From NCBI GenBank assembly GCA_037440005.1, contig JBBIUY010000007.1, positions 37,222-101,221 of the forward strand: a DNA stretch of 64,000 nt, given 5' to 3'. Position numbers and translations under genes: made by a program. This document shows, piece after piece, positions 28,921 to 38,252 of the stretch. How positions within the stretch are numbered: position 1 is the stretch's first letter; every line of letters starts with the position of its first letter. Below the pieces are notes generated by a model. That model was given only the letters and a program-made list of their open reading frames with translations, was not told where the DNA came from and searched no databases. This stretch comes from Armatimonadota bacterium. Its GTDB lineage: Bacteria > Sysuimicrobiota > Sysuimicrobiia > Sysuimicrobiales > Kaftiobacteriaceae.

Positions 28921-29751
28921 CTAGGACGCCGCCAGGTCCGTCCGCGGCCGGCAGAACACCAGGGCCAGGGCCAGCATGACCATGAACGGCACCAGGGTCC
29001 AGACCAGCCCGGGCTGGCCCACCACCTGAGGGTTGCCGAACTGCTGGAATCCGGCGGCGCCCGCCAGGGCTCCCCGGGAGATGGAGATCCAGTTGCCCAG
29101 GATCACGGCGCCGAAGGAGCCCACCAGCAGCAGCGCCGTGCCGAGGACGCCGCGTCCGGTGCTGATGTCCTCCCGGGGCATGATCTGGGTCCACAGCAGC
29201 CCCCACCGCTTGACCCGCCGGTACAGCAGGTACAGGACCACAGGGCTGACCACGGCCGGAAAGATGAAGTCGTTGAGGACGATGATCGTCCCCAGGGCGG
29301 CGAAGGGCAGCAGCCGCAGCACCTCCAGCCCCCAGGCGATGATGCCGGCGGTGGCCAGGGCGCTCACCAGGGTCACGGCGGCGAACTCCACCACCTGAGC
29401 CGCCCCGGCCATGGCGGGCTCGCGGCCGGTGGACAGAGGGCCCAGGCGCCCCCACAGGGCGTAGGGGACCAGCCCGAGGTAGAAGTTGCCGATGAAGCCG
29501 AACAGGCTGCCGGGGCCGAAGGTGCCGAACAGGTCGCCGATCAGGTTGCCGATGGCCGTGCCCCACGCCGCCGCCGGGCCAAACAGCAGCGAGGCCACCG
29601 GCGGGATGACCTGGGCCACCCGGATCTCGGTGTAGCCCGGGATGAGGGGGATGGCCTTGAAGGGGATGAGGACGGCCGCGTAGACGGCGGCGACGACGGC
29701 GACCAGGATGATCATCCGGGTGTGCTTCCACATGGTCAGCAGCTCTTTCAC
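28921..29751 (-). CDS. ECF transporter S component (QueT-like)
   Basis: AAVYAA, TEIRVA, LLFGPAAAWGTAIGNLIGD, multiple TMs. Follows the ECF ATPase and T genes. Confidence 0.8.
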   Translation of the reverse strand: MKELLTMWKHTRMIILVAVVAAVYAAVLIPFKAIPLIPGYTEIRVAQVIPPVASLLFGPAAAWGTAIGNLIGDLFGTFGPGSLFGFIGNFYLGLVPYALWGRLGPLSTGREPAMAGAAQVVEFAAVTLVSALATAGIIAWGLEVLRLLPFAALGTIIVLNDFIFPAVVSPVVLYLLYRRVKRWGLLWTQIMPREDISTGRGVLGTALLLVGSFGAVILGNWISISRGALAGAAGFQQFGNPQVVGQPGLVWTLVPFMVMLALALVFCRPRTDLAAS

Positions 29752-29838
29752 CCTCGATCACCCCTCGCGCGGTTTATGGTCCCACTTCGCCCGCCCGCCG
29801 CCGGCCCCCTCTCCCGGCGGGTCCCGCGCCTCCTGTGG

Positions 29839-30621
29839 CTAGGTCAGCAATCCCGGGATGCGCAGGGCCCGGGTGAACAGCCGCAGGTACAGGGCGAGGA
29901 CGATCAGGACCAGCGACACGGCGGTGACGACCCGGTCCGCGGCGCGAAACCGCAGCTCCAGGTAGTAGGTGCGGTCGGGCCGGGCGCGGAAGCCCCGGGA
30001 CTCCAGGGCCAGGGCCAGCTGGTTGGTGGACCGGATGGCCACCGCCAGGATGGGCACGACCAGCGGGAGGTGGCGCCGCATGCGCTGGATCAGTCCGCCG
30101 GACTCCACGTCCAGCCCGCGGGACTTCTGGGCTTCCAGGATGGTGGCGCCGGCGCCCACAAACGTGGGCACCAGGCGCAGGGCCGTGCTGAAGGCGAAGG
30201 CCACGGGGTAGGGCAGCCCCAGGCGAATTAAGCCCACGGTGATCTCCTCGTTGCTGGTGGTGGCCAGGAACACCACGCTGGCGGCGATGGTGCAGGCCAG
30301 CTTCAATCCGGTGCCGACGCCGAACAGCAGCGCCTCCACCTCCACCGGCCCCAGCAGGGGCGTGGTTCCCCGGGCGAAGACCGACCACGTCAGGGTGGAA
30401 AAGGAGGCGATCAGCAGGATCAGCGCGCGCACCCGCCGCAGCGCGCCCCACGCCCGGCCCGCGTGGGCCACCAGCACGACGGCCCCCAGCAGCGCGCCCG
30501 GCAGCAGCGGATGGTCGGCGGCCACGGCCAGCAACAGCACGGCCAGGAGGGCGGCCATCTTGGCCCGCGGGTCCAGGCGGTGGACCGGCGTGTCGGCGGG
30601 GACGTACAGGTAGATGTCCAC
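29839..30621 (-). CDS. ecfT: ECF transporter T component
   Basis: HRLDPRAK, ALRLVP, AQKSRG, LESRGF. Confidence 0.9.
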   Translation of the reverse strand: MDIYLYVPADTPVHRLDPRAKMAALLAVLLLAVAADHPLLPGALLGAVVLVAHAGRAWGALRRVRALILLIASFSTLTWSVFARGTTPLLGPVEVEALLFGVGTGLKLACTIAASVVFLATTSNEEITVGLIRLGLPYPVAFAFSTALRLVPTFVGAGATILEAQKSRGLDVESGGLIQRMRRHLPLVVPILAVAIRSTNQLALALESRGFRARPDRTYYLELRFRAADRVVTAVSLVLIVLALYLRLFTRALRIPGLLT

Positions 30622-30622
30622 G

Positions 30623-32362
30623 TCAGGTCCGCCGCAGCACCGCGACCGCCTCGTCCACCGACAGCAGCGGCGCGCCCAGGGCGAGGCCGATCCGCACGAT
30701 GGGGGGAGGCCGCAGCGCCGCCTCGGTCAGCTCCGCCTCCCGGGCGAGGACCTCCCGGGTGGGACCGTCCATCCAGAGGGCGCCGTCGCGCATCACCACC
30801 GTGCGGTGAGCGTACGCGGCCACCAGCCACAGGGCGTGGGTGATCATGATGATGGTGTGGCCGGCGGCGTTGAGCCGCTGCACCAGGTCCATCATCCGGC
30901 GCTGCTCCCGGTAGTCCAGCCCGGTGGTCGGTTCGTCCAGGATGATCACCTCCGGCCGGGTGGCCAGCACCGAGGCCACGGCCACCCGCTGGCGCTCCCC
31001 CCGGGTCATGGCGAAAGGGTCCTCGCCCTCGCGGCCGGACAGACCCACGGCGGCCAGGGCCTCGTCCACCCGCGCCCGGACCTCCCGCTCGGCGAGTCCC
31101 TGGTTGCGGGGGCCGAAGGCCACCTCGTCGTAGACGGTCTCCGCGAAGATCTGGTGGTCGGGATTCTGGAACACGTAGCCCACGGTGCGGCCCAGCTGCA
31201 AGACCGACTGCCCCCGGGTGGAGCGGCCCCGGATCCGCACATCTCCGGCGGCGGGGGCGAGCAGTCCGTTGAGGAGCTTGGCCAGGGTGGTCTTGCCGCT
31301 GCCGTTGTGCCCGACGATGGCGACGCATTCCCCCCGGCGGATGCGCAGCCGCACCCCCCGCACCGCCGGCCCGCTCCGGGGGTAGGCGAAGGTGACGTCG
31401 TCCACGGCCACCACCTCGTCCCCGTCGGCGCTGCGGGCCCGGTCGGAGCGCACCAGGGCGGCGTACCGGTCGGGGTCGATGCGGTAGCCCGCCTCGCGCA
31501 GGACCCGCACGGCGTCCTCCACCGTGAGCGCCGGCGGGAGCCCCAGCCGGGACAGCAGCGCGGCGGAGGCCAGAGGCTGGATGCCGCGCGCTTCCAGGCC
31601 GTCGGCGTCGGTCAGGATCTCGGCCGGGGGACCGCTGGCCGCCACCCGTCCTCCCTCCAGCACCACCACCCGGTCGGCGGAGACGGCCTGCTCGGTCTCG
31701 TGCTCGACGACCAGCATGGTGCGCCCCTGCGCCCGCAGCCGGTCCAGGACCTGGACGATCTCCTCCCGGCCCCGGGGGTCCAGGTCGGTGGTGGGCTCGT
31801 CCAGGACCAGCACCCGGGGGCGCATGGCCAGCACGGCGGCGATGGCCAGCCGCTGCTTCTGGCCGCCGGAGAGGGTGGCGGGCTCCCGCCGCCCCAGGCC
31901 CGCCAGCCCCACCAGGGCCAGGGCCTCGGCCACCCGGCGGCGCATCTCGGCCGGAGGGGTGGCCAGGTTCTCCAGGCCGAAGGCCACCTCCAGTTCCACG
32001 TTGGTGGAGAACAGCTGCGTCTCGAAGTCCTGGAAGACCATACCCACGTCCACGGCCAGCTCCGCCGGGCGCGCGGCGCGGGTGGACCGGCCGAAAACCC
32101 GCACCTCTCCGGACCATTCGCCCCGGATGACGTGGGGGATCAGGCCGTTGAGGCAGTAGCACAGGGTGGACTTGCCTGCGCCGCTGGGACCGAGGACCGC
32201 CACCACCTCGCCCGGGAAGATTTCCAGGTTGACCCCCCGCAGGGCGGGGACCAGGGCTCCGTCCCCCGTCCGGTAGGCGAAGGCCAGGTCCTGGACCGTC
32301 ACGGCCGCCGTCTTCTCCTGCGGCGGCGCCGGCGCGCCCGCCCGGAGGTCAGGCGGGAACAT
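30623..32362 (-). CDS. ECF transporter ATPase (fused A-A')
   Basis: Walker A motifs GPSGAGKST and GHNGSGKTT, LSGGQKQR, two DEPT motifs. Confidence 0.92.
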   Translation of the reverse strand: MFPPDLRAGAPAPPQEKTAAVTVQDLAFAYRTGDGALVPALRGVNLEIFPGEVVAVLGPSGAGKSTLCYCLNGLIPHVIRGEWSGEVRVFGRSTRAARPAELAVDVGMVFQDFETQLFSTNVELEVAFGLENLATPPAEMRRRVAEALALVGLAGLGRREPATLSGGQKQRLAIAAVLAMRPRVLVLDEPTTDLDPRGREEIVQVLDRLRAQGRTMLVVEHETEQAVSADRVVVLEGGRVAASGPPAEILTDADGLEARGIQPLASAALLSRLGLPPALTVEDAVRVLREAGYRIDPDRYAALVRSDRARSADGDEVVAVDDVTFAYPRSGPAVRGVRLRIRRGECVAIVGHNGSGKTTLAKLLNGLLAPAAGDVRIRGRSTRGQSVLQLGRTVGYVFQNPDHQIFAETVYDEVAFGPRNQGLAEREVRARVDEALAAVGLSGREGEDPFAMTRGERQRVAVASVLATRPEVIILDEPTTGLDYREQRRMMDLVQRLNAAGHTIIMITHALWLVAAYAHRTVVMRDGALWMDGPTREVLAREAELTEAALRPPPIVRIGLALGAPLLSVDEAVAVLRRT

Positions 32363-33587
32363 GGACGGTGTCGGCGACGGCGGCCTCCTGCCACAGGTCT
32401 TCCAGGGCGGCCTTGTTCCACCGGGCCAGCTCCTGGCCGGGGTCCAGCGACAGGCCTTCCAGGACCACCGTCCCCGAGAAGGACCGCAGGGCCGCCAGCA
32501 CCCTCGCCAGGTCCCGACCGCCCCGCCCCAGGGGCAGGTGCGGTCGGCGCCCGTCGGCGTCGCTGAGGTGGACGTGCACCACCGACCTGAGGCGCGACAG
32601 AAAGTCCACCTCGTCCACACCCCAGGGGATGTGGGCCACGTCCAGGACCGCGCCCACGTTGGGGCGGCCGACGTCCGCCAGCAGCCGGTTGACGTCCTCG
32701 GGGGAGACGACCAGCTCCCCCGGGCGGGGCTCCATGTGCTCGACGCCGACGGTCAGGCTGGCGGCCGCGGCGTGGTCGGCGATGTCCTGAAGGGATGCCA
32801 CCACGTCCGGCCAGCGTCTGTCGTCGGCGACGGGCGCGGTGGCGCGGCCGGGGTGGACGACCAGCAAAGACGCCCGCAGCGCCGCCGCCAGCTCCACGCA
32901 GCGGTGCAGCGTCTCCATCGACGCCCGCCGGATCCCGTCCACCTCGGAGGCGGGGTTGAGGTCCCAGCTCAGCGCGTGCAGGGTGAGGACCAGTCCGGCG
33001 GCCTGCGCCCGGTCGGCCAGCAGGCGCGGGTCGATGCCGTCCCGCCACAGGCCGTACGCCCACAACTCCACGCCGTCGTAGCCCAGTTCGGCGGCTACCT
33101 GCAGGGCCTCGCTGGCGGTGCAGGCCCACACCACCGGGGCGCTGAGCAGCACCCGAAACGGCCTGGGGGCGCCCGGGCGTTCGACCTGCTGGCGCAGCCG
33201 GAGGTCCGACCGGCGCGGCGGCCCGGGGCGCCGGCTGGCGATCTGGCCGTGCACGATGTCCAGGGTAGTGCGGATCTCGGCGGCCACCCTGAACGGCTTG
33301 GTCAAAGCGCGGCCCGGCAGGGACGCGACGAACTGCCGCGGGCGGCGGGCGAACTCCGCGGTCATCGCCAGCGGCTTGGACAGCGCCCGGCGCACCACCG
33401 CCTCCAGGTAGTGCTCCACGAACTGCAGGGCCGCCACCTCCGCCAGCCGGCCGCAGCGGGCGCAGGTCACCCGCGCAGGGCCCGCGGGCTCGCCGCGCAC
33501 GTGGTGCCAGGTGGTCCGCCGGCACTGCGGGCAGCGCAGGCGGATGTGCCAGCGCCGGGGAGGGGAGGACGCACCGCGCGCATCCAT
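32349..33587 (-). CDS. Sugar-phosphate isomerase/epimerase (xylose isomerase-like TIM barrel) with N-terminal zinc ribbon
   Basis: CPQC and CARC, then GYDGVELW, VVHPG, VEHME, LDVAH, HVHLSD, HLPLGRG. Confidence 0.85.
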   Translation of the reverse strand: MDARGASSPPRRWHIRLRCPQCRRTTWHHVRGEPAGPARVTCARCGRLAEVAALQFVEHYLEAVVRRALSKPLAMTAEFARRPRQFVASLPGRALTKPFRVAAEIRTTLDIVHGQIASRRPGPPRRSDLRLRQQVERPGAPRPFRVLLSAPVVWACTASEALQVAAELGYDGVELWAYGLWRDGIDPRLLADRAQAAGLVLTLHALSWDLNPASEVDGIRRASMETLHRCVELAAALRASLLVVHPGRATAPVADDRRWPDVVASLQDIADHAAAASLTVGVEHMEPRPGELVVSPEDVNRLLADVGRPNVGAVLDVAHIPWGVDEVDFLSRLRSVVHVHLSDADGRRPHLPLGRGGRDLARVLAALRSFSGTVVLEGLSLDPGQELARWNKAALEDLWQEAAVADTVHVPA

Positions 33588-33635
33588 CTCCGGTGGTGAT
33601 CCAGTTGTGCGCGCGGAGGGGGAGTCCCTGCCGGT

Positions 33636-34220
33636 CTACGGCGGATACGCCAGCCGTCCGGGCTCAAACCGCAGCTCGAACGCCGGCGTCTGGCCGACCT
33701 GCCTGGGGCCCCACAACAGCCACAGGGGCGGGACGACGAGGGTGACGGAGGTGGCGCCGGGCGGGAGGGGCGGGAAGACCGCGGCGACGACGAGGGCGGT
33801 GCGGGGCGGAACCGTCTGAGGCCCCGGACCCGGCAGCAGGTCGTCCAGGCGGGCGCGCACGCCCGCGCCCAGGTCCGGCCGGAGCTCGCGTCCGTCCGCC
33901 GCCAGCCGCACGTTGACCGCCAGGTACCCTTCCAGGCGCAGGGCGCTGCGGTTGTCGACGTCCACCAGGAAGAGGGTGTACATCGAGGCCACGTCCCGGT
34001 GGCGGGCGCGCCGGGACGGGTCGGGCACCCACGCGGCGTAGTACGGGTGGGCGGTGAGGGCAGGCGTCACCCACACGGCCGTGACGGCGATGAACCCTCC
34101 GCCCACCACGCCCACGCCCGAACTCTTCTCGTGGGTCGCCGCGGGATCCGGCGGCGCGGCCAGGGCGGCTGCTCCCAGCAGAGCGGCAGCGGCCAGAGAC
34201 GCTTTCGGCCAGGTCGGCAC
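33636..34220 (-). CDS. Hypothetical secreted protein
   Basis: Signal-like KASLAAAALLGAAALAA followed by a beta-rich body. Fills the gap between genes. Confidence 0.6.
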   Translation of the reverse strand: MPTWPKASLAAAALLGAAALAAPPDPAATHEKSSGVGVVGGGFIAVTAVWVTPALTAHPYYAAWVPDPSRRARHRDVASMYTLFLVDVDNRSALRLEGYLAVNVRLAADGRELRPDLGAGVRARLDDLLPGPGPQTVPPRTALVVAAVFPPLPPGATSVTLVVPPLWLLWGPRQVGQTPAFELRFEPGRLAYPP

Positions 34221-34256
34221 GGGTGGCTCCCACCGGCGGGAGGTTCGGCGGCGGCC

Positions 34257-34575
34257 CGGACAGTCCCCCTGCGGTCGGGCGGCCGTCCGCGGTGGGAGTC
34301 ACTGTCCCCGGTACGGTCAGACGACTGGCTCCGATCCGGACGGGGACGGTCCCCGGGGGGACGGTCCCCGGGGGGACGGTCCCCCGGGGCGCGCAGGGAC
34401 AGCCCCCGCTGGCCCGCGGTGACTGTCCCCGAAGGAGCTTCGGGGACAGTCACCCTTTTCCGGCGGGCGGGAGCAACGCTCCACTCGGTGGCGAGATATC
34501 TCCTGCGGGCGGCTGGAGGTACCTGTCCCTACCGGCCTGAGGTACCTGTCCCCGACCGGTCGGAGGTACCTGTCC
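34257..34575. repeat. REP-like palindrome cluster (GGGGACnGTCCCC family) and three GAGGTACCTGTCC repeats
   Basis: Three GGGGACGGTCCCC at 15-bp period, a perfect 17-bp stem at 34418-34454, and GAGGTACCTGTCC at 34516, 34539, 34563. Confidence 0.8.
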
Positions 34576-34833
34576 AGCATCCCCGATGACGCCGAGAGCG
34601 GGCGTTCATGGTAATCTTGTCAGCCTGTGCCTTCAGGGGATGAGGGACCTCTACCCTGACGTGGGTGGCTGGCCCCGGTCTGGGAGAGGCGGACATTCTT
34701 TCGTGGCCTGGAACAATGTGTCGCCACGTCCGGTCGGCAGGAGGGTGCGACTCCACCGGGGAATCGGCGGGACTGCTGAGGCCAGGATGCCTTCATACGC
34801 CGCGCCCCCACGGTGCGCGGCGGGCGGAAGGTG

Positions 34834-35535
34834 ATGAAGGTGTCTGCCCGTATCGGGGCGGTCGTCCTCGTCCTTACTGTGGTTGTCGGGGCGGCGGCAG
34901 GATCGCCGTCTCCCATTCCGGAAGACAGCGTCCAGCAGGTGCTTGCCGTGGCGCCGACGGGACGGTTCCTCCGGCGGGGGACGGCTGTCCATGTGGGCGG
35001 AGGCGTCTTCTACACCAGTGCGCACGTGGTCCAGGTGGAGGAGGACTACAGGGAATTCTACCTGGCCACCACGACCGCGCAGCGCCGGCGCGAAGCCTGG
35101 ACTCCCGCGCAGGTCGCCTGCGTCCACCCCCGGTGGAGGGGGGTGGGCCCCTGGGACCGGACGTCCCCGTACGACATCGCCACCCTCCGGGCGACCGGCC
35201 ACGTCGGGGCGCCGGCCCTTCCCGTGGACGTGTCTGTCCCGCAGCCGATGCAGCCGGTGACGATCGTGGGGTTCCCGGCGGCGTCCTTCGGATGGCCTCC
35301 CAAGCAGTACGTGTCGCCGGGCGTCGTGGATCAGGTGTGGCTGTCGGACCACGTGTTCAGCGTGGTCGTCCGGGAGGGGTTCGTTCTGGAAGGGAGCAGC
35401 GGCTCGGGCGTCCTCCGCAACGGCCGTGTGGTCGGCATCGTCTACGCCCGCGCCGGCGAACGCGACCGCTCGGCCGCCCCGGCGGTCTTCGCGGTGACGA
35501 TGCTCGCCGCCGTGCAGGGATGCCCGCCTCGATGA
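34834..35535 (+). CDS. Secreted trypsin-like serine protease
   Basis: Signal peptide, TSAHVV, YDIA, GSSGSG. Confidence 0.8.
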   Translation: MKVSARIGAVVLVLTVVVGAAAGSPSPIPEDSVQQVLAVAPTGRFLRRGTAVHVGGGVFYTSAHVVQVEEDYREFYLATTTAQRRREAWTPAQVACVHPRWRGVGPWDRTSPYDIATLRATGHVGAPALPVDVSVPQPMQPVTIVGFPAASFGWPPKQYVSPGVVDQVWLSDHVFSVVVREGFVLEGSSGSGVLRNGRVVGIVYARAGERDRSAAPAVFAVTMLAAVQGCPPR

Positions 35536-35664
35536 CCGGTGCCGGCGCGAGAGTTTGAGAGGAACTGTACCTCACTGTCGGAGGTCGGCCGCAGGCCTCG
35601 GTGCAGGGGCCGGCGGGCGAAGATGGAATCCCTTTCTTCGAACGCCACAAGGAGGTTTGGCGAC

Positions 35665-36675
35665 ATGTCCAGTCGTCTCGTCCGCGGTGTGCTTCTGTGC
35701 GCGCTGGCAGGGGTGCTGGTCGCGGCCGCGCTGCCTCCCGCCGGGCTGCAGGCCGCCCCGGCCGCGCGCCTGCGGGTGGCGGCGGTCTTCCCCGGGGTGG
35801 TCACCGACGCCGACTACAACACGCTGGGATTCGTGGCGCTGCGCTCGGTGGCCAGCGAACTGGGGGCCGAGGTGGCCTACTCCGAGAGCGTGCCGGTGCC
35901 CGACGTGGAGCGGGTGATGCGGGAGTACATCGACCTGAAGTTCACCGTCATCTGGACCCACGGCGGGCAGTTCATCTCCCAGACCGAAAAACTAGCCCGG
36001 GAGTTCCCCGCCGTCACCTTCATCGGCGAGGCCGACGCGCCGCTGGCCCAGCCCCAGCCGCCCAACCTCTGGGTCATCGACCGCAACTTCCACATCGGCT
36101 TTTACCCCATCGGGGCGCTGGCGGCCATGCTCACCCAGACCGGCAAGATCGCCTACGTGGGCGGCCTGACGCTGCCCTTCTCGTACTCCGAGGTGCACGC
36201 CATCCGCCAGGCCCTGCGGGACCAGCGTCGCCAGGTGGAGTTCAAGGCGGTGTGGGTCGGGGACTTCAACGATCCGGCCAAAGCGCGCCAGGTCGCCGAC
36301 GCCCTCATCGCCGAGGGCCACGATGTCTTGATGGGGTCCCTCAACCTGGGCATGCTGGGCGTCTTCGAGGCCGTCAAGGCCGCCCCCCGGCGGGTGTGGG
36401 TGACGGCCAAGTACACCGACAAGCTGACCTTCGCTCCCCAGCACTACGTCACGTCCGTCCTGTACGACTTCGCCGGCCCCCTGCGCACCATCGTCCGGCG
36501 GATCGCCCGCGGCGAACGCAGTGGCTACTACCCCCTGGGATTTGACACCGGCGTGGCGTTGCAGTTCCCCCTGCGCAACGTCCCCGATCCGGTGGCCGCC
36601 GCCATGCGCCGGCTAGTGGCCGACCTGGTGGCCGGCAAGATCGCCGTGGTCAAGGACGTGACGCCGGTCCGGTAG
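35665..36675 (+). CDS. BMP family ABC substrate-binding protein
   Basis: DADYN, THGGQF, TQTGKIAYVGG, WVGDFNDP. RBS GGAGG. Confidence 0.88.
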   Translation: MSSRLVRGVLLCALAGVLVAAALPPAGLQAAPAARLRVAAVFPGVVTDADYNTLGFVALRSVASELGAEVAYSESVPVPDVERVMREYIDLKFTVIWTHGGQFISQTEKLAREFPAVTFIGEADAPLAQPQPPNLWVIDRNFHIGFYPIGALAAMLTQTGKIAYVGGLTLPFSYSEVHAIRQALRDQRRQVEFKAVWVGDFNDPAKARQVADALIAEGHDVLMGSLNLGMLGVFEAVKAAPRRVWVTAKYTDKLTFAPQHYVTSVLYDFAGPLRTIVRRIARGERSGYYPLGFDTGVALQFPLRNVPDPVAAAMRRLVADLVAGKIAVVKDVTPVR

Positions 36676-36683
36676 GTGCCGCG

Positions 36684-38252
36684 GTGGCGCCGCAGGCGGC
36701 CGCCGGCGGAGCGGGCGCCGGCGCTCTGGTGGAGATGCGGGCGATCCGCAAGGCTTTCGGGCCGACGGTGGCCCTGGACGGCGCCCGCCTGGACCTCCGC
36801 GAAGGAGAGATCCACGGCCTGCTGGGCGGCAACGGCGCCGGCAAGACCACCTTGATGAACATCCTCTACGGCCTGTATCGGGCCGACGGGGGAGAGATCC
36901 TCCTGGCCGGCCGGCCCGTCCAGATTCGCTCCCCCCGCGACGCCCTGGCCTGTGGCATCGGCATGGTGCACCAGCACTTCCTCCAGATCGACCCCTTCAC
37001 GGTGACCCAGAACGTGGTCCTGGGTCTGCCGGGGTCCGGCGCCCTGCGGACGGTCCTGGCCGGGGCGGAGGAGCGCATCCGGGACCTGGCGGCGCGCTTC
37101 GGGCTGGACGTGGATCCCCGGGCGCGGGTCGCGGACCTGCCGGTGGGCGCCCGCCAGCGGGTGGAGATCCTCAAGGCCCTGTACCGGCGGGCGCGGGTGC
37201 TGATCCTGGACGAGCCCACCACGAACCTGACTCCCCAGGAGGTGGACTCCCTGTTTGCGTCCCTGCGGGCGATGGTCCGGGAGGGGATCAGCGTCGTCTT
37301 CATCACCCACAAGATCCGCGAGGCCCGCGCCGTGTGCGACCGCGTCTCGGTCATGCGGCAGGGGCGCACCGCGGTGACCGTAGACAAAGACGAGGCCTCC
37401 GAGGAGAGCCTGGTGCGGGCCATGGTGGGCGCGGACGTGGACGTGGGTGCCAGCCTGGTGTTCGGGGGCAGGCGGGACGAGCGCCTCCCGCCGTCCGCCC
37501 AGGTGGCCCTGCAGGTGGACGGGCTGGAGGTGTCCGTCGCCGGCGTCCCGGTGGTCCGCGGGTGCACCCTGCAGGTCCGCCACGGGGAGATTCTCGGGAT
37601 CGCCGGGGTCGCCGGCAACGGCCAGCGGGAGCTGGTGGAAGCGATCATGGGCGTGCGCCCCCGCGCTGCCGGCCGCGTGTGGGTGGACGGGGAGGACGTC
37701 AGCCGGGTCACCACGGCCCAGGTGCTGGCCCGGGGCGTCAGCTACATCCCCGAAGACCGCCTCCGCGACGGCTTCCTGCCGGCCGCCAGCGTGGTCCACA
37801 ACCTGATTCTGGGATTCCACCGCCGTCCGCCCTACAGCCGCGGGATCTGGCTGGACTGGAGGGCGGCCGTGGCGGCGGCGCGCCGGATGGTGGACCAGTA
37901 CCAGATCCGCGCGCCCGGCCTGCACAGCCCGGCGGCCACCTTGTCGGGCGGCAACATCCAGCGCCTGATGCTGGCCCGGGCGTTCTCGCATCCCTGCCGC
38001 GTTCTGGTGGCCCACAACCCCACCCGGGGGCTGGACGTGCCGTCCACCGAGTTCGTGTACGCGCGGCTGCTGGACCTGCGCCGCCAGGGGGTGGGGATCC
38101 TGCTGCTGTCGGAGGACCTGGACGAGCTGATGCTGCTGGCCGACCGTATCGCGGTGATCTTCCGGGGGCGGATCGTGGGGGTCCTGGACCGGGCCGCCTT
38201 CGACCGCCACCGGATCGGCCGGCTGATGAGCGGGGTGGAGACCGCTGGGTGA
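36684..38252 (+). CDS. Nucleoside/sugar (CUT2) ABC ATP-binding protein
   Basis: GNGAGKTT, GMVHQHF, DEPT, GVAGNGQREL, LSGGNIQR, NPTRGLD. Confidence 0.92.
   Translation: MAPQAAAGGAGAGALVEMRAIRKAFGPTVALDGARLDLREGEIHGLLGGNGAGKTTLMNILYGLYRADGGEILLAGRPVQIRSPRDALACGIGMVHQHFLQIDPFTVTQNVVLGLPGSGALRTVLAGAEERIRDLAARFGLDVDPRARVADLPVGARQRVEILKALYRRARVLILDEPTTNLTPQEVDSLFASLRAMVREGISVVFITHKIREARAVCDRVSVMRQGRTAVTVDKDEASEESLVRAMVGADVDVGASLVFGGRRDERLPPSAQVALQVDGLEVSVAGVPVVRGCTLQVRHGEILGIAGVAGNGQRELVEAIMGVRPRAAGRVWVDGEDVSRVTTAQVLARGVSYIPEDRLRDGFLPAASVVHNLILGFHRRPPYSRGIWLDWRAAVAAARRMVDQYQIRAPGLHSPAATLSGGNIQRLMLARAFSHPCRVLVAHNPTRGLDVPSTEFVYARLLDLRRQGVGILLLSEDLDELMLLADRIAVIFRGRIVGVLDRAAFDRHRIGRLMSGVETAG

Noticed and set aside
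34516..34575. GAGGTACCTGTCC repeats as a mini-CRISPR
   Set aside because: 13-bp repeats with 10-11-bp similar spacers are far too short, and there are no cas genes.
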